Source of the DNA: Eledone cirrhosa
Lineage: Eukaryota
DNA length: 64,000 nucleotides
NCBI GenBank assembly: GCA_964016885.1
Contig: OZ024747.1
Location: forward strand, 10,230,001 to 10,294,000
Direction: 5' to 3'
Position numbers and translations under genes: made by a program. This document shows, one piece after another, positions 50,734 to 64,000 of the stretch. Below the pieces are notes generated by a model. It made no database searches, had not been told where the DNA came from, and saw nothing but the letters and a program-made list of their open reading frames with translations. Each line of letters opens with the position of its first letter. The first letter of the stretch is position 1.

Positions 50734-51633
50734 ACTTGCCATTGCTGTATCCCTTCTATTCATAAGGTTACTTTAAATCAACAGAGACAATGTTGAGTAA
50801 TTAGTACTCTTTAGTCTTACAGAATTCAAAGGAACCTCACTAGCGCTAACAAAATATATATTGTAAAATGGTTGGCACCACCAAGAAGGACATCCAGTTA
50901 TATGGGCCATGCAAAAAAGAAAAATGGTATCTTCAATTGAAACATGGTCCTCTGGTTGTTCTTGAATAGCAGAAATGCTGAATAAGAACTGACCCAAACT
51001 CTGACAACCTCTTCAATCCATGCTAATATGAAAAAACAAACGAAATGATATGTAAATCAGACATAATACATAGAGAAGTTGCAACACTCTCCACAAAAAT
51101 ACATGAAAAAGCAGCATGCAATTTATTGACTGGACCTACAAAACCTCAATCTGAAATATGTGGTACATTGTATATGCAGGAGGACACAAATTATATACGA
51201 ACACACACACATTATATATATATAAAAGCGGACGTAAAATGATGATGATGATTAGCTGAAATTACATAGATTGTTTGAAAATCAGTAAAATGTGAAACTA
51301 AGTCAATCTGTATCACAAATAAAACAATTTTGTATTTTATATAGAGCAAATCATTGAATTAACACATTTACAATAAAAATTATTCCATATATACAAATAT
51401 GAAATTGTTTCATTTATAATGAGAGCTTCAAGTGATGTATGAAACTAATGGTCAGAATCTGTAATTTGAGCAACTTTAATGATATACTCTTTGTATATTA
51501 TTTAGGCTTGTTTTATGATAGTTGTTTGTTGGAGAGCTATTTCATGATAAAACCTATTTGACAACTATTCACTCATACAAAACAAAAATATTGAAACACA
51601 AATGTAAAGTTGTGGTTAGGAGGGGCATCAACT

Positions 51634-51848
51634 GTAACCCTTTAGTATTGAAACTGGCCGGATATGGCCAGAATTCTTTAACCTCTTTCTATCCAAACCA
51701 ACAATAACTGGCCACTCATACTGATGTTAAGTATTGTTCTCAAAAGAAATAACATCAAAATTTCATAAATTTGATATTATGTAAGATAAAGCCTTTACCG
51801 TGAAAATACTATAGTATATATTGAGTAATGTAAATGCTAAAGAGTTAA
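51634..51848 (+). mobile_element. piggyBac-like MITE
   Basis: taaccctttagtattgaaactggcc ... aatgctaaagagttaa. Same family as 5177. Confidence 0.78.
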
Positions 51849-52899
51849 AAAGAAGTTATTTATAAGGAGTTTGTGAATTTAACAGAATATCTGATACAAA
51901 CTGTTTTGAAACTGAGTAAACTAAAAAGCAGTTCTCTGTTGTGAATAGAGAAAGATTTGGTGGTGATATGCCAGTTCACTGGTGTAAACACTTCACAACT
52001 AATTCGGCTCAACAGAAAATAACAGGCCTAATTTGGCAGAACAGCCAGTAAATTGAAGGAATGGTATGCAGCTGCTATATCTCTGCAACTGCTGCTTCAA
52101 TTTTCTGGCCATAGCTGCACACACACACACACACATACATACATACAGAGTGAGTTGGTTATTCAGATTACTATTTTAACAACATCAATTTGATAAAAAC
52201 AAAAGAAAACTGTCTACAAAGAAAAAAAAATGAATTTTAAATATTTCTTTCTCTCTCCGTCTTAGGTAAAGCGGCCTGTTTGAAAAATATATTGCAGTTT
52301 GCATCCAATGCAAATATATGCATATATATATATGGCTGTGTATATGCACATATTGCCCACACAGAGAGAAAGATGCACAATGAAGATTACTTAAAATCGT
52401 CATCAAAATTAGTGGGTCACAAATGCAGCATTGTGGAGGCTCTTGGTATGTTGCCCTTACTGGGTCTTCAATGCATTATGGAACAAACTAACTGGCTAAG
52501 GGCCTGCAAGCAAGTCACAAAACTAATAACCAACAGTTCAGAGCAGCAAAACACCAAAATTCAAGAAATTGGCTGATACCCACCCAAAATTCAGTCAACA
52601 ACCTATGAGTGACCAAATCTCTCCAACACAAACAAGTATGACTAACAATTAAATGATATGCTGTACAGTAATTCTCCAATTTGCTGTATAAAGAACATCT
52701 CAATAGTAATATGTGTGTTCCTACACAATAGATGTACCTAATACACTAGTTATTACCATCTGCTCAGAGTCAACACTTGTAACTTCATCATTTTACAAGT
52801 ACTTTCCACACTGTCATGGTTTAGACAGGTTGTCATGGTCCAAGACCAGATGAGTCAGATCACCCTATTTTACTCTAACCTTCTATACTTGGCATAGCT

Positions 52900-53638
52900 T
52901 CTATGAAAGGCAGACTGTATGATGCGTGTATCCGAACAGCAATGTTACATGGTAGTGAGACCTGGGCGCTGTCTGTGGAAGTCTTCCGTAGATTAGAAAG
53001 AAACGAAGCCTGCATGCTCCGATGGATGTGTAATAGTAATATACGCGAACGGCAAAGCATAAATGAATTGAGAGAGAGACTGAGCATAAGAGGAATCAAA
53101 TGCTGTGTGCAGGAGAGGCGGTTGCATTGGTATGGACATGTGATGCGTATGAAGGATGACAGCTGCATAAAGAGGTGCAGAGCAGTAGAAGTCGATGGAA
53201 ACCATGGAGTGGAGAGGCCCAAGAAGACCTGGGATGAGGCGATAAAAGCCGACCTTACCCAATTACACCTCTCAAAGGCGATGACACACGACCGTGACCT
53301 CTGGCGTCACGCAGTGATACAGAAGACCCGACCCCCCACGGGTACAAGCCGAAGCATATAGACAATATGCCCCCACACCCTCCCACTGCAAAGTGGTCAT
53401 GGAGGTGCCACGGCAAAAAAGCACGCAGCCCAAACTGTAAAGTGGTCGTGGAGGTGCCACAGCAAAAAAGCACCCAGCACTCACTGTAAATGAGGTTGGT
53501 GTTAGGAAGGGCATCCAGCTGTAGAAATCAAGCCAGAATCAGTTCCGTATGAGCAAGACAAGGTCAGCCAACCGGACACTGCTCACAACAGGACAACCCG
53601 TCTAACCCATGCTAGCGACGTAAAACGGTGATGATGAT
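52900..53638 (+). mobile_element. 5'-truncated RTE-clade LINE (C-terminal ORF, 3'UTR and (GAT)n tail)
   Basis: ORF 52903-53361 KGRLYDACIRTAMLHGSETWAL...RRLHWYGHVMRM...RPKKTW carries the RTE C-terminal motifs (YGSETW, LRWYGHV.R, GRPKKTW). The tail ends gatgatgat. Confidence 0.9.
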
Positions 53639-53669
53639 ATACATTATAAAGTCAGATTATATACACACA

Positions 53670-53719
<50 letters not shown>

Positions 53720-54846
53720 AAGAGGGATGGAGGTAGTTGGCTGGAGTGTTTGAGCCATCAGATATATCTGGTACACTTTTTGTATAATAGTTTATTTATA
53801 CATTATAGTGAATGGTTTCCGTCTACAGCAGAAAACTAAAGCCTGTCTAATATAAATTTGCACAGCACAACAAAACCACCTTCACTTGATATAACAGAAC
53901 TGGTTGGGGTGGGGTGAGACAATTGTTTAAGTTCTACAAGTAGAAAGATTCCAATTTTCTTCTAACCAGTCATTTGTTTGGCACATCATGGATGTCGTGG
54001 AGTTAGATTTGGCAAACTCTGTTCAATGAATTGCTTGAGTACTTGCCAGCTTTCAACAGCTGCTAAATTCTTGGGACAAGACAGTTGTGCAAATGTCAAG
54101 ATCCTTCAATAACACCCAGCTTGCTGTTTCAGAGTGGTGCAACAATAACACAGCATTTGCATTTTTTAACCAACAAACTAACTATGATGGGTGGTATTAC
54201 AACAGATTGGCACCTTCATTTTACTTTTACAACATATCTCATTATATACATTTATACACACACACACACACACACACATATATGTGTATGTATGTATGTA
54301 TGCATGTGTGTATGTATGTAGAGAAAGAGAGAGAGAGAGAAATAGAGATTTATTTATATCTATAAATAAATCTATGTACACATGCGTAACACATGAAAAA
54401 TACTGTCTTTACAAAAAGAAATCATAAATGTATCTGAATAATTATATATATATATTCATTCCATCATTTAAAAATTACTCTATGAAATTCTGTCACCCAG
54501 AAAAAAATCACATACTATTGTTAATATATCTAAGAATTCCATGAGACAACAAACACTTTTTTTTTTATTATCTCCTCACAAAAATCTAATATCATACCAA
54601 ACCACTTAAGTTTACTAGTTCACCAACAAAGGAGCATCTATATGGTTGCTCAACTTGTTAAGATAACAGAAGCTGGAATCCTAGATATACTGTCTGAAGA
54701 AGATGATGGGATGATCATAGCTGAAAGGTGTAATGGTAGAGATGTGAGAAGTGCCATTTATAGCAGTGAAACATGTGAACAATGGAACAACAGAGAAGGC
54801 TGAAAACTATGGAGATGAGAATGGCCCAGAAGATGAGGTGTAAACC

Positions 54847-55043
54847 AGGCATGTCAAACATGCGGCCCTTTACGAGCACACCTGTGGCTTGCACAAAGGT
54901 TTCTAAGTGCGAGCATGTTTTATCTTTGTAACATTTTTAAAAATAGTTGTAATGTGTGCAATTAGGCTGTTGTGTGTGGCCTTCAGACAACATATATGTG
55001 ACCCATGTGGTCCTCGGGAGGACCCTCAGTTTGAGATACCCTG
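54847..55043. mobile_element. hAT-like MITE
   Basis: Termini caggcatgtcaaac ... gtttgagataccctg (CAGG..CCTG TIR) with internal gcggccc motifs. Confidence 0.6.
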
Positions 55044-55300
55044 TGTAGAGTATCTCTGAGAGAGGGGAGAAAAATCAATTGCAGAGGATGACAAGAATAT
55101 AGCAAGTGATGTTTTGAAGAGGAATGGAATGAGATGGCAGGATAATGTTGAGGAAGGATGAAAGTGACTGGGTGAGATGAGTGATGGAAATAAGTATAAG
55201 AACTTATATGTGTGTGTGATTGTGTTAGGATAGAACTGGTCTAAAACTAAGGCCATTACTCAACAGAGTACTCAATACTTAGATTAGTAGAGTATGGCTA

Positions 55301-55420
55301 TATTATAAAGAGTCGGGACCCAACAGCTGAGCTCTTGCTGTTTCAGCAGCTAGTTCCAGTCAGGATCTAGCTGTTGAAACAGCAAGAGGTCAGCTTTCAG
55401 ACCCCAACTCTTTATTATAT
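55301..55420. repeat. Palindromic element (foldback)
   Basis: ctcttgctgtttcagcagctag pairs with ctagctgttgaaacagcaagag; outer ataaagagt pairs with actctttat. Confidence 0.85.
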
Positions 55421-55489
55421 ATATACACACACAAATAGATAAGATGTTACTAGTTAAGACCAGTAAGATCATTACTCAAGTAAAGTGTA

Positions 55490-55615
55490 GATATTATAAA
55501 AACTCTGTCCTATGGTTAAGCTTTTACTATTTTGACAAATATGTAACAATCCTTTTTCTCATTTGCTATCAAAATGGCAAAAGCTTAACTGTAGGACAGA
55601 TAATCCTTATGATAT
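55490..55615. repeat. Second palindromic element
   Basis: ctgtcctatggttaagcttttactattttga pairs with tcaaaatggcaaaagcttaactgtaggacag. Confidence 0.82.
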
Positions 55616-58600
55616 AAATATATTAAATAGTTTAACGAGCTACTTCATGTTTCTGGGAAGCTGAATATATGAGAGAGACTACAAAGTTCTAGCTAGAAAA
55701 AGGTGCCAGAGTTTTAATGGAGGTGTGAAAATCTCTGACCCTTTATTCTGTATCTTCCTGACAGTAGACACTACACCAATGTAACTATTTCCTTCTTGAT
55801 AGTTACTGAAACTAGTTTGGACAAGTCACAAAGGATATAACAGTGGAAGAAGGAGAAAGAAAATAAAAACATAAAGCTAGGAGGAAAGGAAATAGGAGAT
55901 AAGAATGAGTAGAGGTGTGAGGGCGGGGACAAGACAAATGGGCAGGGGCTATTCTGGTATGGTTATTTTAACTGTAATTTGAGCAGGAACCAGATTTACA
56001 AACAGCAAAAGGAAACTATAAAAAAAAAACAATTTAAATAGAATTTTCTTTTAAATTGTGTTAAATTTTATATTTAAGTAGGTGATCCAAGACTGAAATT
56101 CTAACCATCACAACTTGGATGATGTAAAGAATATATTTACAAAGGAGGGGGTGAATGTTAGTGCTTAGTTATAGCCTCCCAGCCATGAGGTGTGTATATG
56201 CTAAGTTCACATCTATTTTTTATAGTTGTTTTCCTATTTTGGACAGTTCAGTGTGCAGAACAACTGCATAATAACAATCTAAATAGCAGTTGCCTGCATT
56301 CTTATTAATTATTGCTGCTAATAATAAATATTTTTTAAATTAGACAAGATTTTTTTTTTCTTTCTGTTTTACGAAAGTTTTCCTTTATTTTAGGGGTCAA
56401 TTACTTGGCATTAGAAATATTCAAGGTATACCTTTATGACATAATAGCTAGGGGTTCAGAGTGTGTACCAGCAATTTTATTTATTTACTTAACTGACCAT
56501 CAAACTGTGTAATAGAGCGGCCTGCTAGAAATAGCAGCCAAATTACCTGTATTTTTCCTTATTTACTGATCTGACCAACACACTCAATCACTGGACAAGA
56601 AACAAGGAGAACTATATGATAGAGCCACCCGATAGAAATAGCAGCCGATACACCTCGCGCTTTCAAAAAAAAAAAAAAAAGACGACTCATTAAATAATGT
56701 AATCCTAGATACATTTACAAACCAGACTCGTATATTTATCGCTAACTAATTAAAGTTTAATTATTCATTAAGGTTTGAAAAATCTGGACATTATAAGAAA
56801 AATATTGTCTTTGGAGATCCAGCAGGATCAACTGGAGGCAGTTGCTTCTGACCCACTGAAAGGTGAGTATGAGGACTCTGTCAGAGATAAGTGAGCGAAT
56901 AAGATAGATATATCCTACTTGTTTTGCTAGTAACAAGTGCCACTTAAGACAAGTTAGGGCTTGTGAGATGGTGTATGGGTCATAGACAGAAGTAGCCATA
57001 TGAAATACTGTAACAAAAGTATGTAGACATGTTCGTAAAGTTGTTTTGTTCCATATTACACCAGGAACTAAACGATGAACTTGTTTTTACTGTTTATGTC
57101 GATAACATGATTTTGTCAGAATTCCGATGAAAACAACCATATTTCCTCCGACAAAGACATTGAAATAATGTCGTCTTGTACATTTCTAGAAAATCTATTA
57201 TGTTCCCCTTAAATATCTTATTCCTACCATAAGGCAACTTCTTTACCCAACATTAAATATCTAAGAATAATAAATCAAACCGAAATAGTTCTTCTTTAAT
57301 TATTTCTATCATTAATCAAGCATATTATTGCATATGTATGTATTCTTTTATAAAACCCTTTCCAAACCAAACCCGGTTCCTTTATAAAAAGCTTTATTCT
57401 AAATTTATATTTATGAAAAAAAAACTTTAAGTTATGTTCCAAACACTAACTTTAATAATCAGAAATGTTTATTACTAAATCCTTCCAAATTTGTTATTAG
57501 TTTCTTCAAAATTAATTGAAATATCTTCGTTAAAAATATGGTAACGGGTTTGTATCTTCCCATTAAACTGATATCAGAAACTTCTTGTGGTAACTAACCT
57601 CTACTTCTAATGACAGGTCCTCTTTCTAAAGGTTTGGGCTTTTGAAAAATATTTTATATAAGAATAATTTCAGAAACTTTAAAAAGCAATTCTATAAACA
57701 ATCAATGAAAAAGTAATTTAACTCAATCCCTCGAAATTAAAAACAACCCTAAGTAATTTAAACATAAGCTAGACTAAATAATAAAGGGTACATGATTGCT
57801 TTCTCATTACTTTCCAACTTTAATATTGCCTTACAGAATAATGTTTCCTTAAAATATATTAGTGGTTGAGTATACCGTATCTACCACTGTTTTAAAAAGG
57901 AAACTTTCTAATATTTATTCTTGCATATTAAATATATGTCCATCTCCAGTCATTTAATTATTATTTAACTAAAAATAAAATATAATATATTCCATTAGAA
58001 ATATGGCTACGAAAGAATGTGGTAATAAATCGTTTCATTAACCTATTTCATACCAAATATTTATAGTAATAAACTAAAGTTATTCTACAAAATCCTTCCA
58101 AATTCTTGTTTATTGAAACTATTATTTTATTAGAAATGTATTCATAAAAAGTATTTATTTAAAGACAATAGAGGCTTGTTGAGGTGATTGTTACTGAAAT
58201 AATGAGGTGTTTTGTTTAAAACAACGCTTGACTTCGAAAACAAGACAAACCATTCAGTGTTTTGTCTCTCCATCATCACCAACAATAATATAACATGATA
58301 GGGAACATGGGGGAGATTCCTCGATAGTCAGAAAATAATGTCACATTTCAGCGATTTCAGTATCCACACGTGTTAACCTTTACTTGGTTGTAGTTTGTAA
58401 ACTGAAAACTGCGTCACTGAATCAATATATATATAAATATATACACACATAACAATCTCATCTGGAGACTCATATATCTAACTTTACTCACAAAATATAA
58501 ATGCATTAAATTTTTTTTTAATTTCACTAATTTGTAAATAAGGTTGTAGATTGCTTTATTAATATTTTAATTTCCACAGGCCCCCAAAATATGTATTATG

Positions 58601-59060
58601 GAGCTATTAATACGGATTAATAGCAAATAAATAACTACTTGTAATTTTATTTTTAAAAACTCCCCGCCGATAATATTAAATGAAAAACTAAGAAATGTCG
58701 ACATGTTGAAATGAAGCGCATAAATTAGAGCGGGAACTTAGCTCCGTCTTCGACAGATAAATGTTCACTTCGTTAGAAAAACATTTATATTTAATACAAA
58801 ATGAAACTGGTAGTAGGAAGAAACATGTGCTATTAGCTGGTCAAATAAAATATATGAATAAATCGCAGCCTTTTCACATTCTCATCAGAAATAGAACAAT
58901 TTTGAAACAAAATATACCGGCTCCAGACGAAAAGTATTAAGACATTCACCACTATAACCTTCTTCCTCTCTCATTCACTCTCTTCGATGTTTTAATCGTT
59001 CTCCTGTAAGAACCGAATATGAAGCTTGTAAATTTTCACCTCAGATATAAATAAACTTAC

Positions 59061-59125
59061 CTCGTTCCTTCGGGAACATTTCGTACATAGAGAGAAGTAT
59101 TTGGAGGCCGGGAGTAACGCGACAT
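59061..59125 (-). CDS. SRSF10: SRSF10/SRSF12-like SR protein, exon 1
   Basis: Reverse complement reads ATGTCGCGTTAC...ACGAG|gtaagt. Translates MSRYSRPPNTSLYVRNVPEGT(R), close to the vertebrate SRSF10 N-terminus MSRYLRPPNTSLFVRNV. Confidence 0.95.
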
Positions 59126-59280
59126 TTTCTCCGTAATACTAAAGCAGTGATATATTTTAACAATGGCGGCGCACGTCAAGAATTTGATATCGGCGCATGC
59201 GCACTAAATCATCCGGCTTTATTGTCCTCATGGCGTTTTAGGGAAAAAATATTTTTTTCCTCGTTTCACAATTTCACGCA
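59126..59280 (-). promoter_or_regulatory. CpG-rich 5'UTR/promoter of the SR gene with NRF1-, YY1- and CRE-like motifs
   Basis: GCGCATGCGC palindrome at 59193-59202 (NRF1 consensus). AATGGCGGC at 59162-59170 (YY1-like). CACGTCA at 59172-59178 (CRE half-site). Local CpG enrichment in an otherwise CpG-poor window. Confidence 0.65.
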
Positions 59281-60061
59281 CATGTTACATTAGATAAATG
59301 AATGTATAGATTATCAGCAGTTAAAAACCATCACTAGAACCCGAGAAGTCTAGTAAGGGTGTACATTTAAGAGAGCCAGTTAGGTACAACAAAATAATAT
59401 ATGATTTGTCTTGGATAGAATAAATATTTCATAACTCAAGCAGAAACTTTCATTCGGAGAAAGAGAAAGACAAACAGATTTAATTCCTTCTAAATTGAAA
59501 GGGAACTTCTGGGATTTGTTCATCAATAAAGGAATTAAATTTAGTGCTGTAGAACTGACAATTCTATACCACTCTTGTTGCTATTTACAGAAAAGAATTA
59601 ATTACACAATCCAGGGATAGCTTCTTAGAAATAGACAGCTAAGTTTATTGGCTCCAGGTTCTGTGTGGTAAATTATACCACACTATACTACCTACTATAG
59701 CAGGGTATAGTTGCCTTTTCAGAGCTGTCTTAACCATATACATTGTACAGTAAATTAGACAAAACTGTGGAAGTTCTTTTCAGTTAGATGAACTTGGCTG
59801 GTCAAAACTAACCATCTTAGCCACAGACAGAATACAATACCAGAAACATCATATAAACCAGCGTCTCCTTTATCTATTGTCCAGTAGCCTATCAACCTGG
59901 CCTTCATACAATCAATACCTCTCAACTCTGATCATCAATTTGCCCCTGAAAAATTTTTCTCTGGGGTACAGACTTCGTTTTTTGTTTTGTTTTGTTTTTT
60001 ATGAAAGTCTAGCAGTTGCCCATACATGCAAGTCTCCACACCAATGTAGTCCAAAGACAGG

Positions 60062-60366
60062 TATGATTTGACACCAGTGAAGTCACAGTTGAGCTCAGAA
60101 TGTTGTGAGAAGGGATAAGATTTGATACAGCTTGGCACTAGTAAAGTCACAGCTGAGCTCAGAATGTTCAAGTGATAAGATTTGATGCAGCTTGGTGCCA
60201 GTAACATCACAGCTGAACTCAAAATCTGAGAAGAGATAAGGTCTGATACAGCTTAGCACCAGTGAAGTCACAGTTGAGCTCAGAATGTTGTGAGAAGGGA
60301 TAAGATTTGATACAGCTTGACACCAGTGACATCACACTAACCTCAGAATATTTTGAGAAGAGGTAA
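60062..60366. repeat. Tandem repeat, ~60-63 bp unit, ~5 copies
   Basis: Unit gataagatttgatacagcttggcaccagtgaagtcacagttgagctcagaatgttgtgagaagg. Confidence 0.85.
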
Positions 60367-60564
60367 GGTCAATTCTTTCTCACTTCATTTCTCTGTCTAT
60401 AATAACAACACCCCTACAACTCCATCAGAATTTATGGGGTCAATCATTATGGTGATGACTTGTAAAGACTATGTGAGAGAACCAAGGGGTTTTCCTAGAT
60501 TAAAATTACCAATATGAATTGAAATAGACATTTTCATTCAAAATATTAGTTAAATGTAAAATCT

Positions 60565-60760
60565 GTGCTGAGGTTTAGAGAGGGATGGATGATTCTAGAA
60601 GAGTGTGGAAGCAAGGTTTTGAAACAGAAGGTATTTAGGGAAGTCAACCTCACTATCACCAGTACACTCTTTCAACAATCAAACCTTCATAAAACTATTT
60701 GGATGTATCCTAGAATAAAGAACTGGAATATGTTAGACTTTGTGATCACACTTCTATAGC
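60565..60760 (+). pseudogene. Decayed LINE APE-endonuclease fragment (RTE-like)
   Basis: Translates NLTITSTLFQQSNLHKTIWMYPRIKNWNMLDFVIT, similar to the RTE motif L.ITNT.F...HKTTWMHPRSK.WH.IDY.I. Confidence 0.65.
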
Positions 60761-60934
60761 AACTGTTATCTTTCAAATTACACTCTCCTCCGTGGTAAGA
60801 TCACATTTCATCTTACTCATAAGAGACCCCAAAAGTCATCAAAACCTAAGGGTATCAATATGTTGTCATTAAATTCCAGAACCCAAAAGACTGAGCTCTG
60901 GAATCAATCAGAATCATATCTCCACTCGGCTGAG

Positions 60935-61812
60935 ATACTGTGGTATCTTCCATCAAACACCCTAACAACTGTCGTATATCAGGTATCTTCCATCAGATAC
61001 CCTAACAACTATGGTATCTCCCATAAGACACCCTAACAACTATGGTATCTTCCATCAGACACCCTAACAACTGTGGTGACTTCCATCAGACACCCTAACA
61101 ACTGGGATATCTCCCATCAGACACCCTGACAACTGTGGTATCTTCCATCAGACACCCTAACAACTGTGGTATCTTCCATCAGACACCCTAATAACTGTGG
61201 TATCTTCCATCAGACACCCTAACAACTGTGGTATCTCCCATCAGACACCCTAACAACTGTGGTATCTTCCATCAGACACCCTAAGAACTGTGGTATATTC
61301 CATCAGACACCCTAACAACTGTAGTATCTCCCATCAGACACCCTGACAACTGTGGTATCTTCCATCAGACACCCTAACAACTGTGGTATCTTCCATCAGA
61401 CACCCTAACAACTGTGGTGACTTCCATCAGACACCCTGACAACTGTGGTATCTTCCATCAGACACCCTAAGAACTGTGGTATATTCCATCAGACACCCTA
61501 ACAACTGGGATATCTCCCACCAGACACCCTGACAACTGGTATCTTCCATCAGACACCCTAACAACTGTGGTATCTTCCATCAGACACCCTAAGAACTGTG
61601 GTATATTCCATCAGACACCCTAACAACTGTAGTATCTCCCATCAGACACCCTGACAACTGTGGTATCTTCCATCAGACACCCTAACAACTGTGGTGACTT
61701 CCATCAGACACCCTAACAACTGGGATATCTCCCATCAGACACCCTGACAACTGTGGTATCTTCCATCAGACACCCTAACAACTGTGGTATCTTCCATCAG
61801 ACACCCTAATAA
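60935..61812. repeat. Minisatellite, 31-bp unit, ~28 copies
   Basis: Unit tcttccatcagacaccctaacaactgtggta. Confidence 0.95.
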
Positions 61813-62254
61813 CAGTACAAATTCACTTTAAAATGGAAGTACAAAAGAAAAATGTAACTATGAAATTTTCTTAATATCTCTATACAGCCTGAAAATAGCC
61901 ACTACATACATTGTAAACATCTCTAACATTTGAAGGCTTTTATTATGGATAGTCATACTATTTCCTGACTCAAGTCCACTACAGATATTGGAGTTGTTTT
62001 TAATTTTCACTGTCAAAATGTCCATAGCAAAAGTGTTTTTCTGTGCAATCAGTTGTTGGCTTCATGGCCGACCTGAAACCTAGAGTTCCTGTTTGATCAT
62101 TTGGTTTTGTATATGTATATGTGTGTGTTTGTGTGTATGTATGTGTGAGAGTGTGTGTATGTGTGTGTGTTTGCGCTGCTAATTTCAATCCCAAAACAAA
62201 GTTTTGTAGTTAAGTTGCAGATGATTTTCCGCAACCTTTATTAGAGTAATATAC

Positions 62255-62472
62255 AATCATCATCATCATCATCTCTATCATCCTTATCACCTTCATCATC
62301 GACATCATCATCATCACCATCATAATCATCATCATTATCATCATCATCTCAACCACCACCCCCACCATCACTATCACCATCATAATCATCATTATTATCA
62401 ACATCATCTTCATCATCTTAACCACCACCATCATCAACATCATTCCCATCATCATCATCACCATCATCGTCG

Positions 62473-62503
<31 letters not shown>

Positions 62504-62820
62504 AATCATCATTATTATCAGCATTGGCAGTATCGGTAGAGAGTCAGACGCCATGCTTTGCAGCAAAGAGTTACGCCCCTTTATGATCTGAGTTCAAATC
62601 TCGCCGAGGTTAACTTTGCCTTTCATCTTTATGGGGTCGATAAAATAAAGTACCAGTAATACCCTGGATTAATTGCTGGCCTTGTGCCAAAAGTAGAAAC
62701 AATTATTATCAGCATCATCATCATCTCAACCACCACCACCGTCATCGTCATCATTATTATCATCATCATCTCAACCACCACCACCATCATCAACATCATT
62801 AACATCATCAACAACAACAT
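62255..62820. repeat. Degenerate (CAT/CAC)n trinucleotide tract split by a SINE
   Basis: Long catcatcat runs on both sides of the SINE at 62524-62700. Confidence 0.9.
62524..62700 (+). mobile_element. SINE family B
   Basis: ttggcagtatcggtagagagtcagacgcc...gagttcaaatc...ttgtgccaaaagtagaaac. Matches 1855-2035. Confidence 0.85.
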
Positions 62821-64000
62821 TTTATGTTGATTGTTCCATGATTACATGAGTTGGTTAGGTCTTTTCCAACATAGTTTGCCTCTCTTCATTGTGTTCCTTC
62901 CTGATCACCTTTGTGGGGTTCACCATTTTAAGATCAGCTCTCACCACCAGTAACAAAATGGGGAAAACCAAATTGTGGGATTTGGGAACATATGCAGGAA
63001 GAATCGGGATTCAGATTTGAAAATGGACAAACTTTTAAACTTAAAAACATATTCATGTGTTTGTTTGGTAATGTTGTCTATGTCTTAAGGGGCTGTGGAG
63101 AGCTTGCCAAACAAAGGGTTGGGAAGAGCCTTCAGTCATATCAAGGATATGACAGCCTCTCTAGTGTTTGGTGATCTACGTGATAAATACACCCAGTACA
63201 TGCTGTAAAGTGGTTGGTTATAGGAAGGGCAACTAGTCATAGAAAGCTTGCCAAACAAAGGGTTGTTTCAAAGACATGACAACCTTTCCTGAGTACTGCA
63301 TGAAACATAAGACCATACATAAGTGAGACACAAGTCCCTGGCCTGCCTGGAAGATCAGTGGCTCCACTTCAGTACTCACTTGGTCTGTGTAGACCTGTCA
63401 TTAAACAATGAGGATGATATATTGATAGGTCTGCACAAACTATGGTATATAGTATTTCTACATGTATAATATATTTAGATTTCTTGTATTAATGGTGAAA
63501 TTAGAATGTTTGGTATCACCACATAGTCAAGTCATACCTTTTCCTCCTTCTTCTCTCACTTATTCCTGAGAGGGTCGTGGGGGTGGAGTCCTTAAACACT
63601 CCGTCCAGCGGGTCCTGTCAGAAGCAACCGTCTCTAACTGATCTGGCTGGATCCCCAAGCGAGACCACTCAAGCTCATGGATGTTATCCAACCACCTTGC
63701 ACGGGGTCTATTATTTCTACATTGTATAACATATTTGGGCTTCTTCAGAGAATGGTGAAATTAGATTATTTGGTATCACCACATATTCAAGCCATGCCAT
63801 TTCACTAATTATTTCTCGATATTTTATTTATTTAAGAATCCTAACAGAATCCCCTCTCTCCAAAATCAAATAACAATGTTCTTATAGTTACCAATAAACT
63901 AAACACTTTATGAAAATTTATCCCTAGAGTTCATTATAGAAGAGACGAAATGTCGACGATAGATAAAAAATAAAATATATACTTTGTACTCCTTTATTAA

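Noticed and set aside
60935-61812. Second CRISPR-like array
   Set aside because: Head-to-tail 31-bp units without spacers.
62210-62820. Poly-Met ORFs, superficially like Met-rich proteins such as reflectins
   Set aside because: Reverse translation of a (CAT)n tract split by a SINE; no reflectin motif and no Tyr/Arg/Asp content.

Overview
Eukaryotic, AT-rich, microsatellite- and transposon-rich genomic DNA. The SINE/MITE repertoire suggests an octopus-like cephalopod (inference). Two convergent spliced genes were reconstructed by hand. (1) + strand LIM-domain-binding protein (LDB1/LDB2/Chip family): 7 coding exons visible from 6432 to 29923, covering the dimerization domain, LCCD, basic NLS and LIM-interaction domain; the 5' exons lie outside the window or were not recognised. 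(2) - strand SRSF10/SRSF12-like SR splicing factor: complete, 8 coding exons from 59125 to 38399, 684 nt, 227 aa. The most striking signal is in the SR gene. Its second intron (47971-45290) is a textbook U12-type AT-AC minor intron, and nested inside it is a candidate 375-nt U2-type (AG..GT) exon with stops in all three frames. This looks like a minor/major spliceosome competition switch of the kind described for vertebrate SRSF10. LDB shows stacked in-frame alternative donors and acceptors, a possible isoform lacking the LIM-interaction domain, and several intronic hairpins. The rest is SINEs, piggyBac-like MITEs, RTE/Tx1/R4-Dong/mariner relics and minisatellites, including a 4.1-kb array of a 38-bp unit. 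Most ORF-track entries are microsatellite artefacts. Coordinates were read by eye and repeat boundaries are approximate.
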